DNA of 64,000 nucleotides from NCBI GenBank assembly GCA_963422375.2, contig OY729428.2:1312001-1376000 (forward strand), written 5' to 3'. The translations under genes were made by a program, and so were the position numbers. Source of the DNA: Bryobacterales bacterium. Lineage in GTDB: Bacteria; Acidobacteriota; Terriglobia; Bryobacterales; UBA6623. Shown one piece after another: positions 24,498-33,912 of this stretch. How positions within the stretch are numbered: position 1 is the stretch's first letter; each line of letters opens with the position of its first letter. The notes under the pieces were generated by a model. The model worked only from the letters and a program-made list of their open reading frames with translations, searched no databases and was not told the DNA's origin.

Positions 24498-25048
24498 ACG
24501 GCCCCTGGAGCCTGGTGCCCGGCGCCGTCGACGACTGCGCGGGCCTGCTGCGCGCGCTGCTCGACAGCACGGAGCTGCGCCCCGGCACCGTCAACGGCGA
24601 CGGCTCCGTGCGCCCCGACATCCGCCGCTCCGCCGTCGGCTGGCCCGACCCCGCCCGCCACGCCGCCGAGCTCGCCCGCGTGCGCCGGGCCGTTCTCGCG
24701 GCCAACCGCGAGCTGTGGGGCTTCGATCTCGACGGCGGCGAGGAGTGGCAGCTCACGCACTACACCCATCTCGACGCGGGCGTCTACGAGCGGCACATGG
24801 ACTGCTCGCTGGAGGGCGGGCGGCCGCGCTGCCGCAAGGTCTCCGTCTGCGTCAACCTGTCCGACCCGCGCGACTACGAGGGCGGCTCGCTGCGGCTGGG
24901 GGCCGTGGGCCAGCCCGACCGCGCGGCGCTGCGCCAGCGCGGCGCCGCGCTGGTCTTCCCCAGCTTCGTCGAGCATCGCGTCACGCCCTTGCTGGCCGGG
25001 GAGCGCTACTCCCTCGTCGCCTGGTTCTCCGGGCCGGCCTGGCGCTAG
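24494..25048 (+). CDS. 2OG-Fe(II) dioxygenase (PKHD/prolyl-hydroxylase-like)
   Basis: HMD, RKVSVCVNLSDPRDYEGG, VFPSFVEHRVTP, GERYSLVAW. Confidence 0.9.
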   Translation: MNGPWSLVPGAVDDCAGLLRALLDSTELRPGTVNGDGSVRPDIRRSAVGWPDPARHAAELARVRRAVLAANRELWGFDLDGGEEWQLTHYTHLDAGVYERHMDCSLEGGRPRCRKVSVCVNLSDPRDYEGGSLRLGAVGQPDRAALRQRGAALVFPSFVEHRVTPLLAGERYSLVAWFSGPAWR

Positions 25049-25202
25049 CCCGCGCCGCCGCGCCTACTGGTATAATGGAGAGATGCTGGCTCCGGCGTCA
25101 GCATCGTGATCTGGGCGCCGGGGCTGGCAGCTGCAGCAGCACCCGCTGCCACCCTCCCCTGGGTAGAGGGGCCGTGCACGGCCTAACTCCCCGAGGATAG
25201 GG

Positions 25203-25595
25203 GTGGCAGCGGACCCTAGGCACGGTAGCGCGATCCGTGCGAGGGCCCTGAAGCCCCGCCGCACGGTACGCTGGGAGACGTCGAGCGGAACCCTTTGCGA
25301 GAGCGTTGCCGGGCGGGCCCGCGAGGGCCCGCCCTATTCGTATCGGGAGCGGGAGCGGGGCATGGGAACGCGGACGCTGCACTTCCTGGCAGCCTTCGAT
25401 CAGGTCTGCGACAGGGAGCTGCTTCCCATGAGGCAGGCCGAGGAATGTGGCGCCCGGAGAACAATCGACGAGGCGGCGGCAGTGGCGCTCGGTATCGCTC
25501 CCGATGCAATCGCGGACTGGAGAAGGCGTTTGGCGTTGGAGCCGACGATCACCAATGTGCGCGTCAGGGAACCCGGGAGCGAAGAGGCATCCTGA
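25203..25595 (+). pseudogene. Possible C-terminal gene remnant (restriction-modification enzyme-like)
   Basis: Only the last ~75 codons look protein-like; sits just upstream of the ATPase. Confidence 0.3.
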
Positions 25596-25641
25596 GCATG
25601 GCCCTGAACGCGAAGCACACGGATTTCCAAGGGGCTTGAGC

Positions 25642-27738
25642 ATGTCTGTCGAATACTCGATGAGAATTTCCCGGCTTACCGTCGACAAGTTGGGGGTCAA
25701 GCTCTACGACAAGGTGTCCGCCGTCATCGCCGAACTCATCGCGAACGCCTACGATGCCGATGCCACACATGTGACGGTTCGAGCGCCGATGGGGCAGTTT
25801 CTGGCGACTCGAGCCGGAGGCACCGTGGCGGACAAGGGCTTCAGCATCGAAGTCGACGACGACGGCATCGGCATGACGCCTCAGCAGGTACAGGACTTCT
25901 TTCTCGTCGTCGGTTCCGAGCGGCGGAACGACACCAGCCGAGGCGACCGTTCGCCCCGCTACAGACGTAAGGTCATGGGCCGCAAGGGCGTCGGAAAGCT
26001 GGCACCCTTCGGTATCTGCAAGACCATCGAGGTGATCAGTGCCGGCGGAGATTTCATCGACGGCGGGGGTGCGACCCCGGGCGCCACGGGCTACCTCACG
26101 TCCCACATCGTCCTCTACTACGATGGCATCACGGCGCTCGATGATGAGCCCGACGAACGCTACAAGCCGGTCGTGGGCGACCGCGATGAGTCTTACTCCC
26201 CGAAGTCGGGGACTCGAATCATCCTGAAGGACTTCAGCCACCGGAGGGTCCCCGAGCTCAATGTCCTCGGCCGCCAGCTCGCCCAACGCTTTGGTATCCC
26301 GTCGACGGACTGGAATGTCCAGCTTCTGGACAACACGGAATCCACTCCGTCACCGGTGACGGTCGGCACCTTCGACATTCAGACGATGCCGAACACGAAG
26401 CTCACGTTTGGGCAGAATGGAACTGTACTCAACCCCGACGGTGCTCCTGCGATGGACCAGTCGGCCGGATTCGAACATGAGGGCATATTTCGCCCCATCA
26501 CAGGCTGGATGGCGTACTCGAAGGCTCCCTACAAGGACGAGCTCATGGCTGGGGTGAGAATCTACTGCCGCGGCAAGATCGCCGCCCAGACATCCATCTT
26601 CAACCAGCGGGCCGGCTTTACCGGCGAGCACAACATCCGCTCCTATCTCGTCGGCGAGCTCCACGCCGACTGGCTCGACGAAGAAGAAGACCTCATCCAA
26701 ACCGATCGACGGGACATCCTCTGGTCGGACGAACTCGCTGCCGCCTTCCAAGCTTGGGGCCAGAGAATCGTCAAGAAGATCGGCACCCTGTCGCGGGAGC
26801 CCATGCGGAGAGCGACTTTGGATCTGTTCCTCGAGACGGGCGATGTCGACGCTCGCATCCAGAACGCCTATCCGACCGAAGAGCAACAAGACATTCGCAA
26901 AAGCGCGAAAGAGGTCGCCGAATCCTTCGGTCGCACGATCAGCCGAGGGGATGTCGAAGATGCCAGCGTCGTGAACGAACTGGTCGATCTGAGCATCACC
27001 CTCGCGCCCCACATCACGCTCAACGCCAAGATGAAGGAAGCGGTCGCCAGCGCCGACACGCCGCTCTCTGTCCTAGCTTCGTTCCTGCGTACGGCGCGAT
27101 TGGCCGAACTGTCCTCGTTCGGCAGAATCGCGGAAGACCGCCTCAAGGTCATCGACCGCCTCGAAATTCTGAAGGACGCCGACGACACCGACGAGAACGA
27201 TCTTCAGCGGCTGATCACTGACGCTCCCTGGTTGATCAACCCTGAATGGGCGCCGGTGACCGAAAACCAAACCTTCGCGAGTTTGCGCCGGGAGTTCGAG
27301 AAGTACTACAACGACAAGACCGGCCAGTCCATTTCGTTGTCCGATTTCCAGAAGACGGGCAAACGGCCGGACTTCGTCTTGTCCAATCAGGAAGGCACGG
27401 TGCAGATCATCGAGATCAAGAAGCCGGGCCATAGACTGTCGAACCCGGAAATGGACAGGATCGTCACCTACTACGAGAACATGGAGGCGTTCCTTGACGA
27501 CCCTGGGCATACCGCGTTTCGCATGCACTTGGCCGACTTCCATGTCACCGTGGTCTGCGACAGGCTCGGTTTGAGCGGTTCTCCGCGCGCCGCCTTTGAT
27601 GGTTATCGTGACAAAGGCAGACTGACGCGCATGGACTGGACGGCGTTTCTCCTGAAATCGGAACAAGTGCACCAGGATTTTCTCAGCGAGGCCCAGCGTC
27701 AGCGTGCCGCCGGACCAGCGGTTCCCGACGGCCATTGA
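25642..27738 (+). CDS. GHKL/MORC-type ATPase with C-terminal PD-(D/E)XK nuclease-like domain
   Basis: ELIANAYDADA, DDGIGM, GRKGVGK, GTRI; RPDFVL...IIEIKKP; start reassigned to ATG 25642. Confidence 0.88.
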   Translation: MSVEYSMRISRLTVDKLGVKLYDKVSAVIAELIANAYDADATHVTVRAPMGQFLATRAGGTVADKGFSIEVDDDGIGMTPQQVQDFFLVVGSERRNDTSRGDRSPRYRRKVMGRKGVGKLAPFGICKTIEVISAGGDFIDGGGATPGATGYLTSHIVLYYDGITALDDEPDERYKPVVGDRDESYSPKSGTRIILKDFSHRRVPELNVLGRQLAQRFGIPSTDWNVQLLDNTESTPSPVTVGTFDIQTMPNTKLTFGQNGTVLNPDGAPAMDQSAGFEHEGIFRPITGWMAYSKAPYKDELMAGVRIYCRGKIAAQTSIFNQRAGFTGEHNIRSYLVGELHADWLDEEEDLIQTDRRDILWSDELAAAFQAWGQRIVKKIGTLSREPMRRATLDLFLETGDVDARIQNAYPTEEQQDIRKSAKEVAESFGRTISRGDVEDASVVNELVDLSITLAPHITLNAKMKEAVASADTPLSVLASFLRTARLAELSSFGRIAEDRLKVIDRLEILKDADDTDENDLQRLITDAPWLINPEWAPVTENQTFASLRREFEKYYNDKTGQSISLSDFQKTGKRPDFVLSNQEGTVQIIEIKKPGHRLSNPEMDRIVTYYENMEAFLDDPGHTAFRMHLADFHVTVVCDRLGLSGSPRAAFDGYRDKGRLTRMDWTAFLLKSEQVHQDFLSEAQRQRAAGPAVPDGH

Positions 27739-28838
27739 CGAACATGACTCCGACGGCGATCGACATCTTTGCCGGCGCTGGGGGCCTGACGGTTGGCCTC
27801 AAACGCGCGGGCTTCCGCGTTGTCGCTGCGGTGGAGATCGAGGCCCATTCATTCGCTACCTACAAGGCGAACCATCCTGAGGTGCGGTGCCTGAAGCAGG
27901 ACATCGCCACGGTCTCCGGCGACGCTCTTTTCGAGCTCGCGGGAACAGACCGAATTGATCTACTGGCAGGTTGCCCGCCGTGCCAAGGCTTCACCAGCCT
28001 GACTGCAAAGTACAAGGGTAGGGAAGATCCTCGTAACGCACTCGTTCTCGAGATGGCCCGCCTCGCCGAGGAAATGCGGCCGCGGGCGATCATGATGGAG
28101 AATGTCCCCGGATTGGCACGAAAGGGCGGATCGCTATACGGTCGAATGCAAGCGCGACTCCAGGCGCTCGATTACCGACTGACAGATAGGATACTGCAAG
28201 TCGCTGATTACGGTGTCCCGCAGTTTCGGCGACGATTTGTCCTACTCGGTGGTCAAGGCTTCGAGATCGCCCTCCCGGACGCGACTCATTCCGGTACGCC
28301 GACTGGTAACCTTACGCGTTGGCGCACGGTAGGTGACACGATCAAGAACATGCCTGAACCCCTCACCTTGGCGGAGGCCAAGGCAAGGGGAGAGGTCGAG
28401 CGGTCCGACTGGCATGTCGTTCGAAAACTGTCGCGCGAGAACATCGAACGCATTAAGGCGGCGAAGCCAGGTGAGACATGGGCGCACATTCCCGAGCATC
28501 TCCGGCCGGCCTGTCACCGTGACGGCTATGTCGGATTCACCAATGTATACGGGAGGATGGTTTGGGACCGACCGTCACCTACGATTACCGGCGGCTGCAC
28601 CACTCTAAGCAAGGGCCGCTTTGGTCATCCGAATGCCGACCGGACGATCTCCGTACGGGAGGCCGCACTTCTCCAGACCTTTCCCCGAGACTACCGCCTT
28701 GACACACCGTTCATGGATTATGTGTGTAACATGATAGGCAACGCATTGCCGTGCGACTTTGCGGAAGCCCTCTCGCGGCGATGTCTAGACGAGCTTGGCA
28801 AACAGGCGAAAAGCATGTCCCCGACATTCTCCAGCTAG
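27735..28838 (+). CDS. DNA cytosine-5 methyltransferase
   Basis: FAGAGG, GCPPCQGF, ENVPG, PQFRRR, REAALLQTFP, IGNALP. Confidence 0.95.
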   Translation: MTNMTPTAIDIFAGAGGLTVGLKRAGFRVVAAVEIEAHSFATYKANHPEVRCLKQDIATVSGDALFELAGTDRIDLLAGCPPCQGFTSLTAKYKGREDPRNALVLEMARLAEEMRPRAIMMENVPGLARKGGSLYGRMQARLQALDYRLTDRILQVADYGVPQFRRRFVLLGGQGFEIALPDATHSGTPTGNLTRWRTVGDTIKNMPEPLTLAEAKARGEVERSDWHVVRKLSRENIERIKAAKPGETWAHIPEHLRPACHRDGYVGFTNVYGRMVWDRPSPTITGGCTTLSKGRFGHPNADRTISVREAALLQTFPRDYRLDTPFMDYVCNMIGNALPCDFAEALSRRCLDELGKQAKSMSPTFSS

Positions 28839-28913
28839 CGTAGGGGAGCCACCCGAAATTGCCTAAGGTCGGCGTGTTCGAGAGCGAATCCTTCGCCAAT
28901 CCAACGGCTACGA

Positions 28914-29369
28914 TCAATTGATACATCGGCTAGTAGGCGTCTCGTTGGCAGCACCACCCGAGCCGAACAATTGGTCAGAGTGTCGGGGTACGGTCACAAC
29001 CAATCTAGGTCCGGGCGGTCGGGAGGCTTCCGGCTTGCCGCCGACCTTGCCGAACATGACGTAGATCGCGGAGACGGACGGATCGCGCATGGACTCGAAC
29101 ACGCTGTTGCCCACCGCGTTCCATGTGTCGCGCTTGCTGTACTTGACCTCGACGCCGAAGCCGTTGACGCGGATGTCGGGAAAGGCGTGGCGGTGGTAGG
29201 TCGGTTCGACCGTCGCGTCGAGATCGGTGGCCGCGTTCTGCAACGCGGCCAGCACGCCCTGCTCGAACTGGTCCGGGCCGTGGCAGAGCGTGCTGGTACG
29301 GAGATTGAGCGTCAGGAACTGCGCTGCGCGGTCCAGTAGCGCCTCGAACTCAGTCGGCGTCAACAACAA
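28914..29369 (-). pseudogene. Probably truncated PD-(D/E)XK restriction endonuclease
   Basis: FPDIRVNGFGVEVK motif; sequence stops looking protein-like after about aa 115. Confidence 0.55.
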
Positions 29370-29528
29370 GATCTACGTTCTTCACGGTCCCTCCTTGCCC
29401 GTGGCCGGGGCGAAGCGCTCGGCGAAGCGCGCCGCCGTCATCGCCCGCCCCCTGCTCGCGGCATCAACAAGTGTAGCGCTCGGTTAGATCGGCGGGCGCG
29501 GGCCGGGGGGAGGGGGGGCAAATTCCCC

Positions 29529-30185
29529 CTACAACGCCCTGCCCGCCCAGCGCACCTCGCCGACCACGCGGCTCTCCCGCGGCAGCGGCAGGGGCTCGAA
29601 GGCGCGGTTCTCGCTCTCCAGCAGCCACGCGCCGCCCGCGCCGCCCGCCCGCCGGGCCCGCTTGACCACCAGCCCGTCCGCGCCGCGCACGACGAAGACC
29701 CTCCCGCTGGCCAGCGCCCGGCGCTCGTGATCGACCAGGATCCAGCAGCCGTCCTCCAGCAGCGGCTCCATCGAGTCGCCGATCACCTCGATCACGCTGC
29801 AGCGGCCCGCGGCCACGCGGTGCCGCCGCAGCCAGCGGCGCGGGAAGGCCACGTGGCCGATGACCGGCTCCGACTCGGCCTCCGCGCCGGCGCCCGCCGC
29901 CGCGCGGACGTCGCGCAGGGGCACCAGGTCGGCCTCGCGCTCGCCGAGCAGGGCGGGCGGGAGCAAGCCCGCGGGCGCGGGGTCGTCGGTGAGGCCGGCG
30001 AGGTAGTCGAGCGAGACGCCGAGCGTCCGGGCGGCCTCGACCAAGCCGTCGAATCGCAATGTGCGGTGGCCGGCTTCAACCCTCGAAATCATCGCTTGGT
30101 CGTAGCGATCTCCGAGGGCCGCGGCCAATTCGACTTGCTTGAGACCAGCACGTCGCCTAGCCGCCGCCAGCCGCGGACCCAGCAT
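29529..30185 (-). CDS. CI-like repressor (XRE HTH + S24 peptidase)
   Basis: HTH LKQVELA..ISRVEAG; AAAGAG cleavage region, GDSMEP, VVKR. Confidence 0.95.
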   Translation of the reverse strand: MLGPRLAAARRRAGLKQVELAAALGDRYDQAMISRVEAGHRTLRFDGLVEAARTLGVSLDYLAGLTDDPAPAGLLPPALLGEREADLVPLRDVRAAAGAGAEAESEPVIGHVAFPRRWLRRHRVAAGRCSVIEVIGDSMEPLLEDGCWILVDHERRALASGRVFVVRGADGLVVKRARRAGGAGGAWLLESENRAFEPLPLPRESRVVGEVRWAGRAL

Positions 30186-30246
30186 GAATCTAGCCTAAGA
30201 AAAAAAAGTTCTTGACAAATGCCTCTGAGGCATGTAGATTGCCTAC
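30186..30246. promoter_or_regulatory. Divergent cI/cro promoter-operator region
   Basis: TTGACA 30212-17, 17-bp spacer, TAGATT 30235-40; palindromes ATGCCTC-T-GAGGCAT and CATGTAG-N5-CTACATG. Confidence 0.85.
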
Positions 30247-30483
30247 ATGTCCGTGAGGCATCTCCACGTAAGGATCGCTGAGGTCGGCGTGCTTCACGCC
30301 GACGTGGCGGCCGAGCTTCATCTCCACCCGTCGGCGTTCAGCGCGATCTTGAGCGGCCGCCGTCGCCCGCCCGACGGCTTCGAGGCACGCGTCTCGCAGG
30401 CCCTCGACCGCCTAGAGGCCGCCGAGAAGGCCGCTTCCGAGGCGCGGGCCCGCGTGCTCGCGGGGAAGGAGGGCGTCGCGTGA
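30247..30483 (+). CDS. Cro-like HTH protein
   Basis: Divergent from cI; ADVAAELHLHPSAFSAILSGRR. Confidence 0.85.
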   Translation: MSVRHLHVRIAEVGVLHADVAAELHLHPSAFSAILSGRRRPPDGFEARVSQALDRLEAAEKAASEARARVLAGKEGVA

Positions 30484-30607
30484 CGGCCGACCTGCCGGGC
30501 CTGATGGCTTTCCTCCCGGAGGTGATGTCCCCGGGGGGAACGCGGGGCGGCTATCGGTTACGGCCGTCCCGCACCCGGATCGCCCGGTCCCGCGACGGAG
30601 GCGCCCG

Positions 30608-30868
30608 GTGACGCACCTGGAGATCGCCCTCGCGGCCCTCGCGGTGTCGCACTCGCTGACCGCCGCGATCGCGATCAGGGCCCTGCTGTCCAGCGAGGCC
30701 ACTCGGCGAGAAGCGCGTAAACGGCGTCGAGATGCCCGCCGGCTGGCTCGGACCCGGGATTCTTCCGTGCTTCGCGCGATCGAATCGCTATCCGCTCGCC
30801 CCAGAAGCCGAAGATCGCGTCCCGCGCCTCCGTCGAAAGAGAGCCCTCTCGATGGAGCAGCTCGATGA
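30608..30868 (+). CDS. Small hydrophobic/basic protein, paralog A
   Basis: RBS GGAGG; similar to 31173..31448. Confidence 0.5.
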   Translation: MTHLEIALAALAVSHSLTAAIAIRALLSSEATRREARKRRRDARRLARTRDSSVLRAIESLSARPRSRRSRPAPPSKESPLDGAAR

Positions 30869-30959
30869 GGGCGGCGAGCGCGAACTCGGTGTCGGTCGGG
30901 GCGTACCCGTACCGGTCGCATTCCCGGGCGATCTCGCGGACCGCCTCGACAGGCTGCAT
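30675..30959 (-). CDS. Hypothetical protein antisense to the early operon
   Basis: AGGAGG RBS 6 nt before ATG; TAGAAT -10 at 31042-47 on minus strand. Confidence 0.55.
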   Translation of the reverse strand: MQPVEAVREIARECDRYGYAPTDTEFALAALIELLHREGSLSTEARDAIFGFWGERIAIRSREARKNPGSEPAGGHLDAVYALLAEWPRWTAGP

Positions 30960-31172
30960 GACTTTCCTCCTGGAGGTGCTGTCTCCGGGAGGAACGCGGG
31001 GCGGCCGCTCTCAACGGCCGTCCCGCACCCGGATCGTTCCGATTCTAGCGCGAGGCCGCTCCGCCTCGCGCCCTTTCCCCCCGGCTGCCTGTCCCCCGGG
31101 GGGAACGCGGGGCGGCTATCGGTTACGGCCGTCCCGCACCCGGATCGCCCGCACCCGCGACGGAGGCGCCCG

Positions 31173-31448
31173 GTGACGCCCGTCGAGATCGCCCTCGCCC
31201 TGACGGCCGTGTCGCTCGCGCTGACCGCCGCGGCCGCGGTCCGGGCCCTGCAGGCCGGCTTCGCGGCGCGGCGGGACGAGCGCCGCTGCCGGCGCGCGCT
31301 GCGCCGGCGCTACCGCGAGCGCCTGGCCCAGGCGACCCGCCGCATGCGCGAGTCCCCGGCCGGCCGCCGCGACGGAGGCTCCGCGGCCCGGCAGCGGGCC
31401 CGGGCGGCCCGGGCGGCGGCGGCGCGGGAGGAGGCGCCGCGATGCTGA
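31173..31448 (+). CDS. Small hydrophobic/basic protein, paralog B
   Basis: RBS GGAGG; EIALALTAVSLALTAAAAVRAL. Confidence 0.55.
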   Translation: MTPVEIALALTAVSLALTAAAAVRALQAGFAARRDERRCRRALRRRYRERLAQATRRMRESPAGRRDGGSAARQRARAARAAAAREEAPRC

Positions 31449-32353
31449 CTCCGGAGCAGGTCGCGGCCCGGCGCGCGGGGCTGGGCGGCAGCGACGCCGC
31501 GGCGGCCCTCGGCCTGTCGCCCTGGAAGACGCAGCTCGAGCTGTACCTCGAGAAGACCGGCCAGGCCCCCGAGGCCGCGCCCACCGAGGCCATGCAATGG
31601 GGCCTGCGCCTCGAGAGCGCCGTGGCCCGGGCCGCCGGCGAGCGCCTCGGGGCGCGCCTGCGGCGGCGGCGCGTCACCCTGGCCCGCCGCGAGCGCCCCT
31701 GGATGCTGGCCCACGTCGACCGCGAGGTGGTCGGGCGCAAGGCGCTCCTCGAGATCAAGACGGCCGCCCGCCGCGACGGCGCGTGGGGCGAGGAGGGCAG
31801 CGACCGCGTGCCCCGGCACTACCTGTGCCAGGCGGCCCACTACCTGGCCGTGAAGCGCTGGGAGACGTGCTGGCTGGCCGTGCTGTTCCTCGCCGAGCGG
31901 CGCCTGGCCCTGTACGAGATCCGCCGCGACGCCGACCTCGAGGCCGCCCTGGTCGCGGCCGAGAGCCGCTTCTGGCACCAGCACGTCCTCCAGCGCGTCC
32001 CCCCGGACCCGCGCGACGCCGCCGACGCCCGGCGGCGCTGGAAGGTCTCGCGCGACGGCGCGGCCGAGGCCGACGAGCGGACGCTCGAGAGCCTGCGGGA
32101 CCTGCGTCGGACGCGGGCCGAGCTGCGCTCGCTGGAGGCCCGCCGCGACGAGCTCGAGCGGGCCGCGATGCAGCGCATGGGCGAGGCCTCCGAGCTGGTG
32201 CATCCGGCCACCGGGGAGACGCTGGCCACCTGGCGGGCCTCCGCCCGCCGCAGCGTGGACGTGAAGGCCCTGCGCCGCGAGCGGCCCGACGTGGCCGCCG
32301 AGTTCGAAGTCGCCGCGCCCGTGCGGCGGTTCCTGCTGAAGGAGACGACATGA
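31442..32353 (+). CDS. YqaJ-like (lambda-exonuclease family) recombination nuclease
   Basis: GLGGSDAAAALGLSPWKT, AHVDR, LEIKT, YLCQAAHY. Confidence 0.95.
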   Translation: MLTPEQVAARRAGLGGSDAAAALGLSPWKTQLELYLEKTGQAPEAAPTEAMQWGLRLESAVARAAGERLGARLRRRRVTLARRERPWMLAHVDREVVGRKALLEIKTAARRDGAWGEEGSDRVPRHYLCQAAHYLAVKRWETCWLAVLFLAERRLALYEIRRDADLEAALVAAESRFWHQHVLQRVPPDPRDAADARRRWKVSRDGAAEADERTLESLRDLRRTRAELRSLEARRDELERAAMQRMGEASELVHPATGETLATWRASARRSVDVKALRRERPDVAAEFEVAAPVRRFLLKETT

Positions 32354-33054
32354 GCGAGAGCGCGATCGCGGCCCGGACGGCCGCCCCCGCCGACCCCCTG
32401 CGGTCCGGCTTCGAGGAGGCGCAGCGCGTGGCCTCCATGCTCACCCGCAGCTCGCTGGTGCCGGCCGCCTACCGCGCCCCGCCCGAGGCCGAGGCGGGCT
32501 CGCCCGCGGCGCGCCAGGCGGTGGCCAACTGCATGGTGGCTCTGGAACTGGCCCGCCGCGCGGGGCTCTCCCCGCTCGCCGTGATGCAGAACGTGGACGT
32601 GATCGCCGGGCGCCCGAGCTGGCGCTCGACCTTCCTGATCGCAACCTGCAACGCCTGCGGGCGCTTCGAGCGCCTGCGCTTCCGCATGAGCGGCGAGGGC
32701 CCGTCGCGGGCCTGCGTCGCCTGGACGCGCGAGCGGCCCGGCGGGGAGGAGCTCGAGGGCCCCCCGGTCTCGATGGAGATGGCCGCGGCCGAGGGCTGGG
32801 TCGGCCGCCCCGGCTCCAAGTGGCGCACCATGCCCGAGCTGATGCTGCGCTACCGCGCCGCGGCCCTGTTCTCGCGGCTGTACGCGCCGGACCTGCTCAT
32901 GGGCATGGCGTCCGGCGAGGAGGCGCTCGACGCCGCGCCCGCGCCGGAGCCGGCCGCCGGCGGCGGCGTGTCCGGACTCAAGCACGCCCTGGCCGCGCCC
33001 GCCGCGCCCGCCGCGGACGGCCTGTTCGCCGGGACGAAGGAGGAGACGCCGTGA
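32350..33054 (+). CDS. RecT-like single-strand annealing protein
   Basis: SSLVPAAYR, NCMVALELA, GSKWRTMPELMLRYRA; coupled to YqaJ. Confidence 0.8.
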   Translation: MSESAIAARTAAPADPLRSGFEEAQRVASMLTRSSLVPAAYRAPPEAEAGSPAARQAVANCMVALELARRAGLSPLAVMQNVDVIAGRPSWRSTFLIATCNACGRFERLRFRMSGEGPSRACVAWTRERPGGEELEGPPVSMEMAAAEGWVGRPGSKWRTMPELMLRYRAAALFSRLYAPDLLMGMASGEEALDAAPAPEPAAGGGVSGLKHALAAPAAPAADGLFAGTKEETP

Positions 33055-33488
33055 AATGCAGGTCGAGAGAGCTCGGCAGCCTCGAGCCCGGCCAGGAGGT
33101 GACCCGCATCCGCGTCCGGCGCGGGCGCTTCCTGGGCGTGTCGTCGCCACCCGGGCTGGCCCTGTTCGAGCCGCTCTACCCGTCCGGCCCCGGAGAGCCG
33201 GTCGAGGTCGAGGACCGCGAGCTGTTCGCGACGCACGGCCGGCCGGCCGAGGTCCTCGCGCCCGGCGACCACGCGCTGTGGATCGAGGACCTGCACGTCG
33301 CGTGGGGCTTCTACCGGGGCGCGGCGCCGGGCGGCGCGGCCCTGTTCGAGCCCGACGGGCACGCGCCCTGGCTGCAGGCCCGTGCCGGCGACGCGGTCGA
33401 GGTCGACCCGTCCAGCCTGTTCAAGTGCCCGGACCCGGGCGACTGCCGGATCTGCAGTCCGGACAGTCCGGAGGGGCGGGCGTCATGA
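33051..33488 (+). CDS. Hypothetical protein with internal duplication
   Basis: Two units L.PG...G.ALFEP...VEV...LF; RBS AGGAGG. Confidence 0.6.
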   Translation: MKCRSRELGSLEPGQEVTRIRVRRGRFLGVSSPPGLALFEPLYPSGPGEPVEVEDRELFATHGRPAEVLAPGDHALWIEDLHVAWGFYRGAAPGGAALFEPDGHAPWLQARAGDAVEVDPSSLFKCPDPGDCRICSPDSPEGRAS

Positions 33489-33679
33489 AGCTCGAGCTCT
33501 GCACGCCCGGCCGCAAGGTCCTCTTCCGGCCCGGCGACGGGCCGCCCCGCGAGGTCGAGATCCTGGACGCGCTGCGGCACGAGCGCACCACCGGCCCGCG
33601 GGTGCTGGTGGCCGACGCCGGCCGCAGGCGCTGGTGTTCGGAGAAGCGCATGGAGCCGCTCCCGGGGGGCGACTCGTGA
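33485..33679 (+). CDS. Small hypothetical protein
   Basis: ATGA/GTGA coupling to neighbours. Confidence 0.5.
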   Translation: MKLELCTPGRKVLFRPGDGPPREVEILDALRHERTTGPRVLVADAGRRRWCSEKRMEPLPGGDS

Positions 33680-33912
33680 GGGGCCGCGAGCGCCGCGAGG
33701 CCGTGGCCGCGGCCGTGGCCCGCTACCGCGCCGCGGGCGTGCGCTGGAGCGACTGGGCCCGCCGGAACGGCTTCAAGTACCAGGCCGTCCGGGACGTCGT
33801 CCGCGGCCGCAGCGCCTGCTCCCACGGCGAGGCCTTCCGCGTGGCGGTGGCCATGGGCGCGATCCCGGAGCCGCCGCCCGAGCTGCGGCACCTGAGCGGG
33901 GGGCGGCCGTGA
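33676..33912 (+). CDS. BcepMu gp16-like phage DNA-binding protein
   Basis: GVRWSDWARRNGF..VRDVVRGR..CSHGEAFRVAVAMG. Confidence 0.75.
   Translation: MRGRERREAVAAAVARYRAAGVRWSDWARRNGFKYQAVRDVVRGRSACSHGEAFRVAVAMGAIPEPPPELRHLSGGRP

Larger units (their letters stand above)
30531..31143. repeat. Three copies of a 48-nt hairpin element (30531-78, 30985-31032, 31096-31143)
   Basis: CCGGG..GCGGGGCGGC-loop-GCCGTCCCGCACCCGG seen three times. Confidence 0.85.

Noticed and set aside
30531..31143. CRISPR array interpretation of the three repeats
   Set aside because: Irregular spacing, coding sequence between copies, no cas genes
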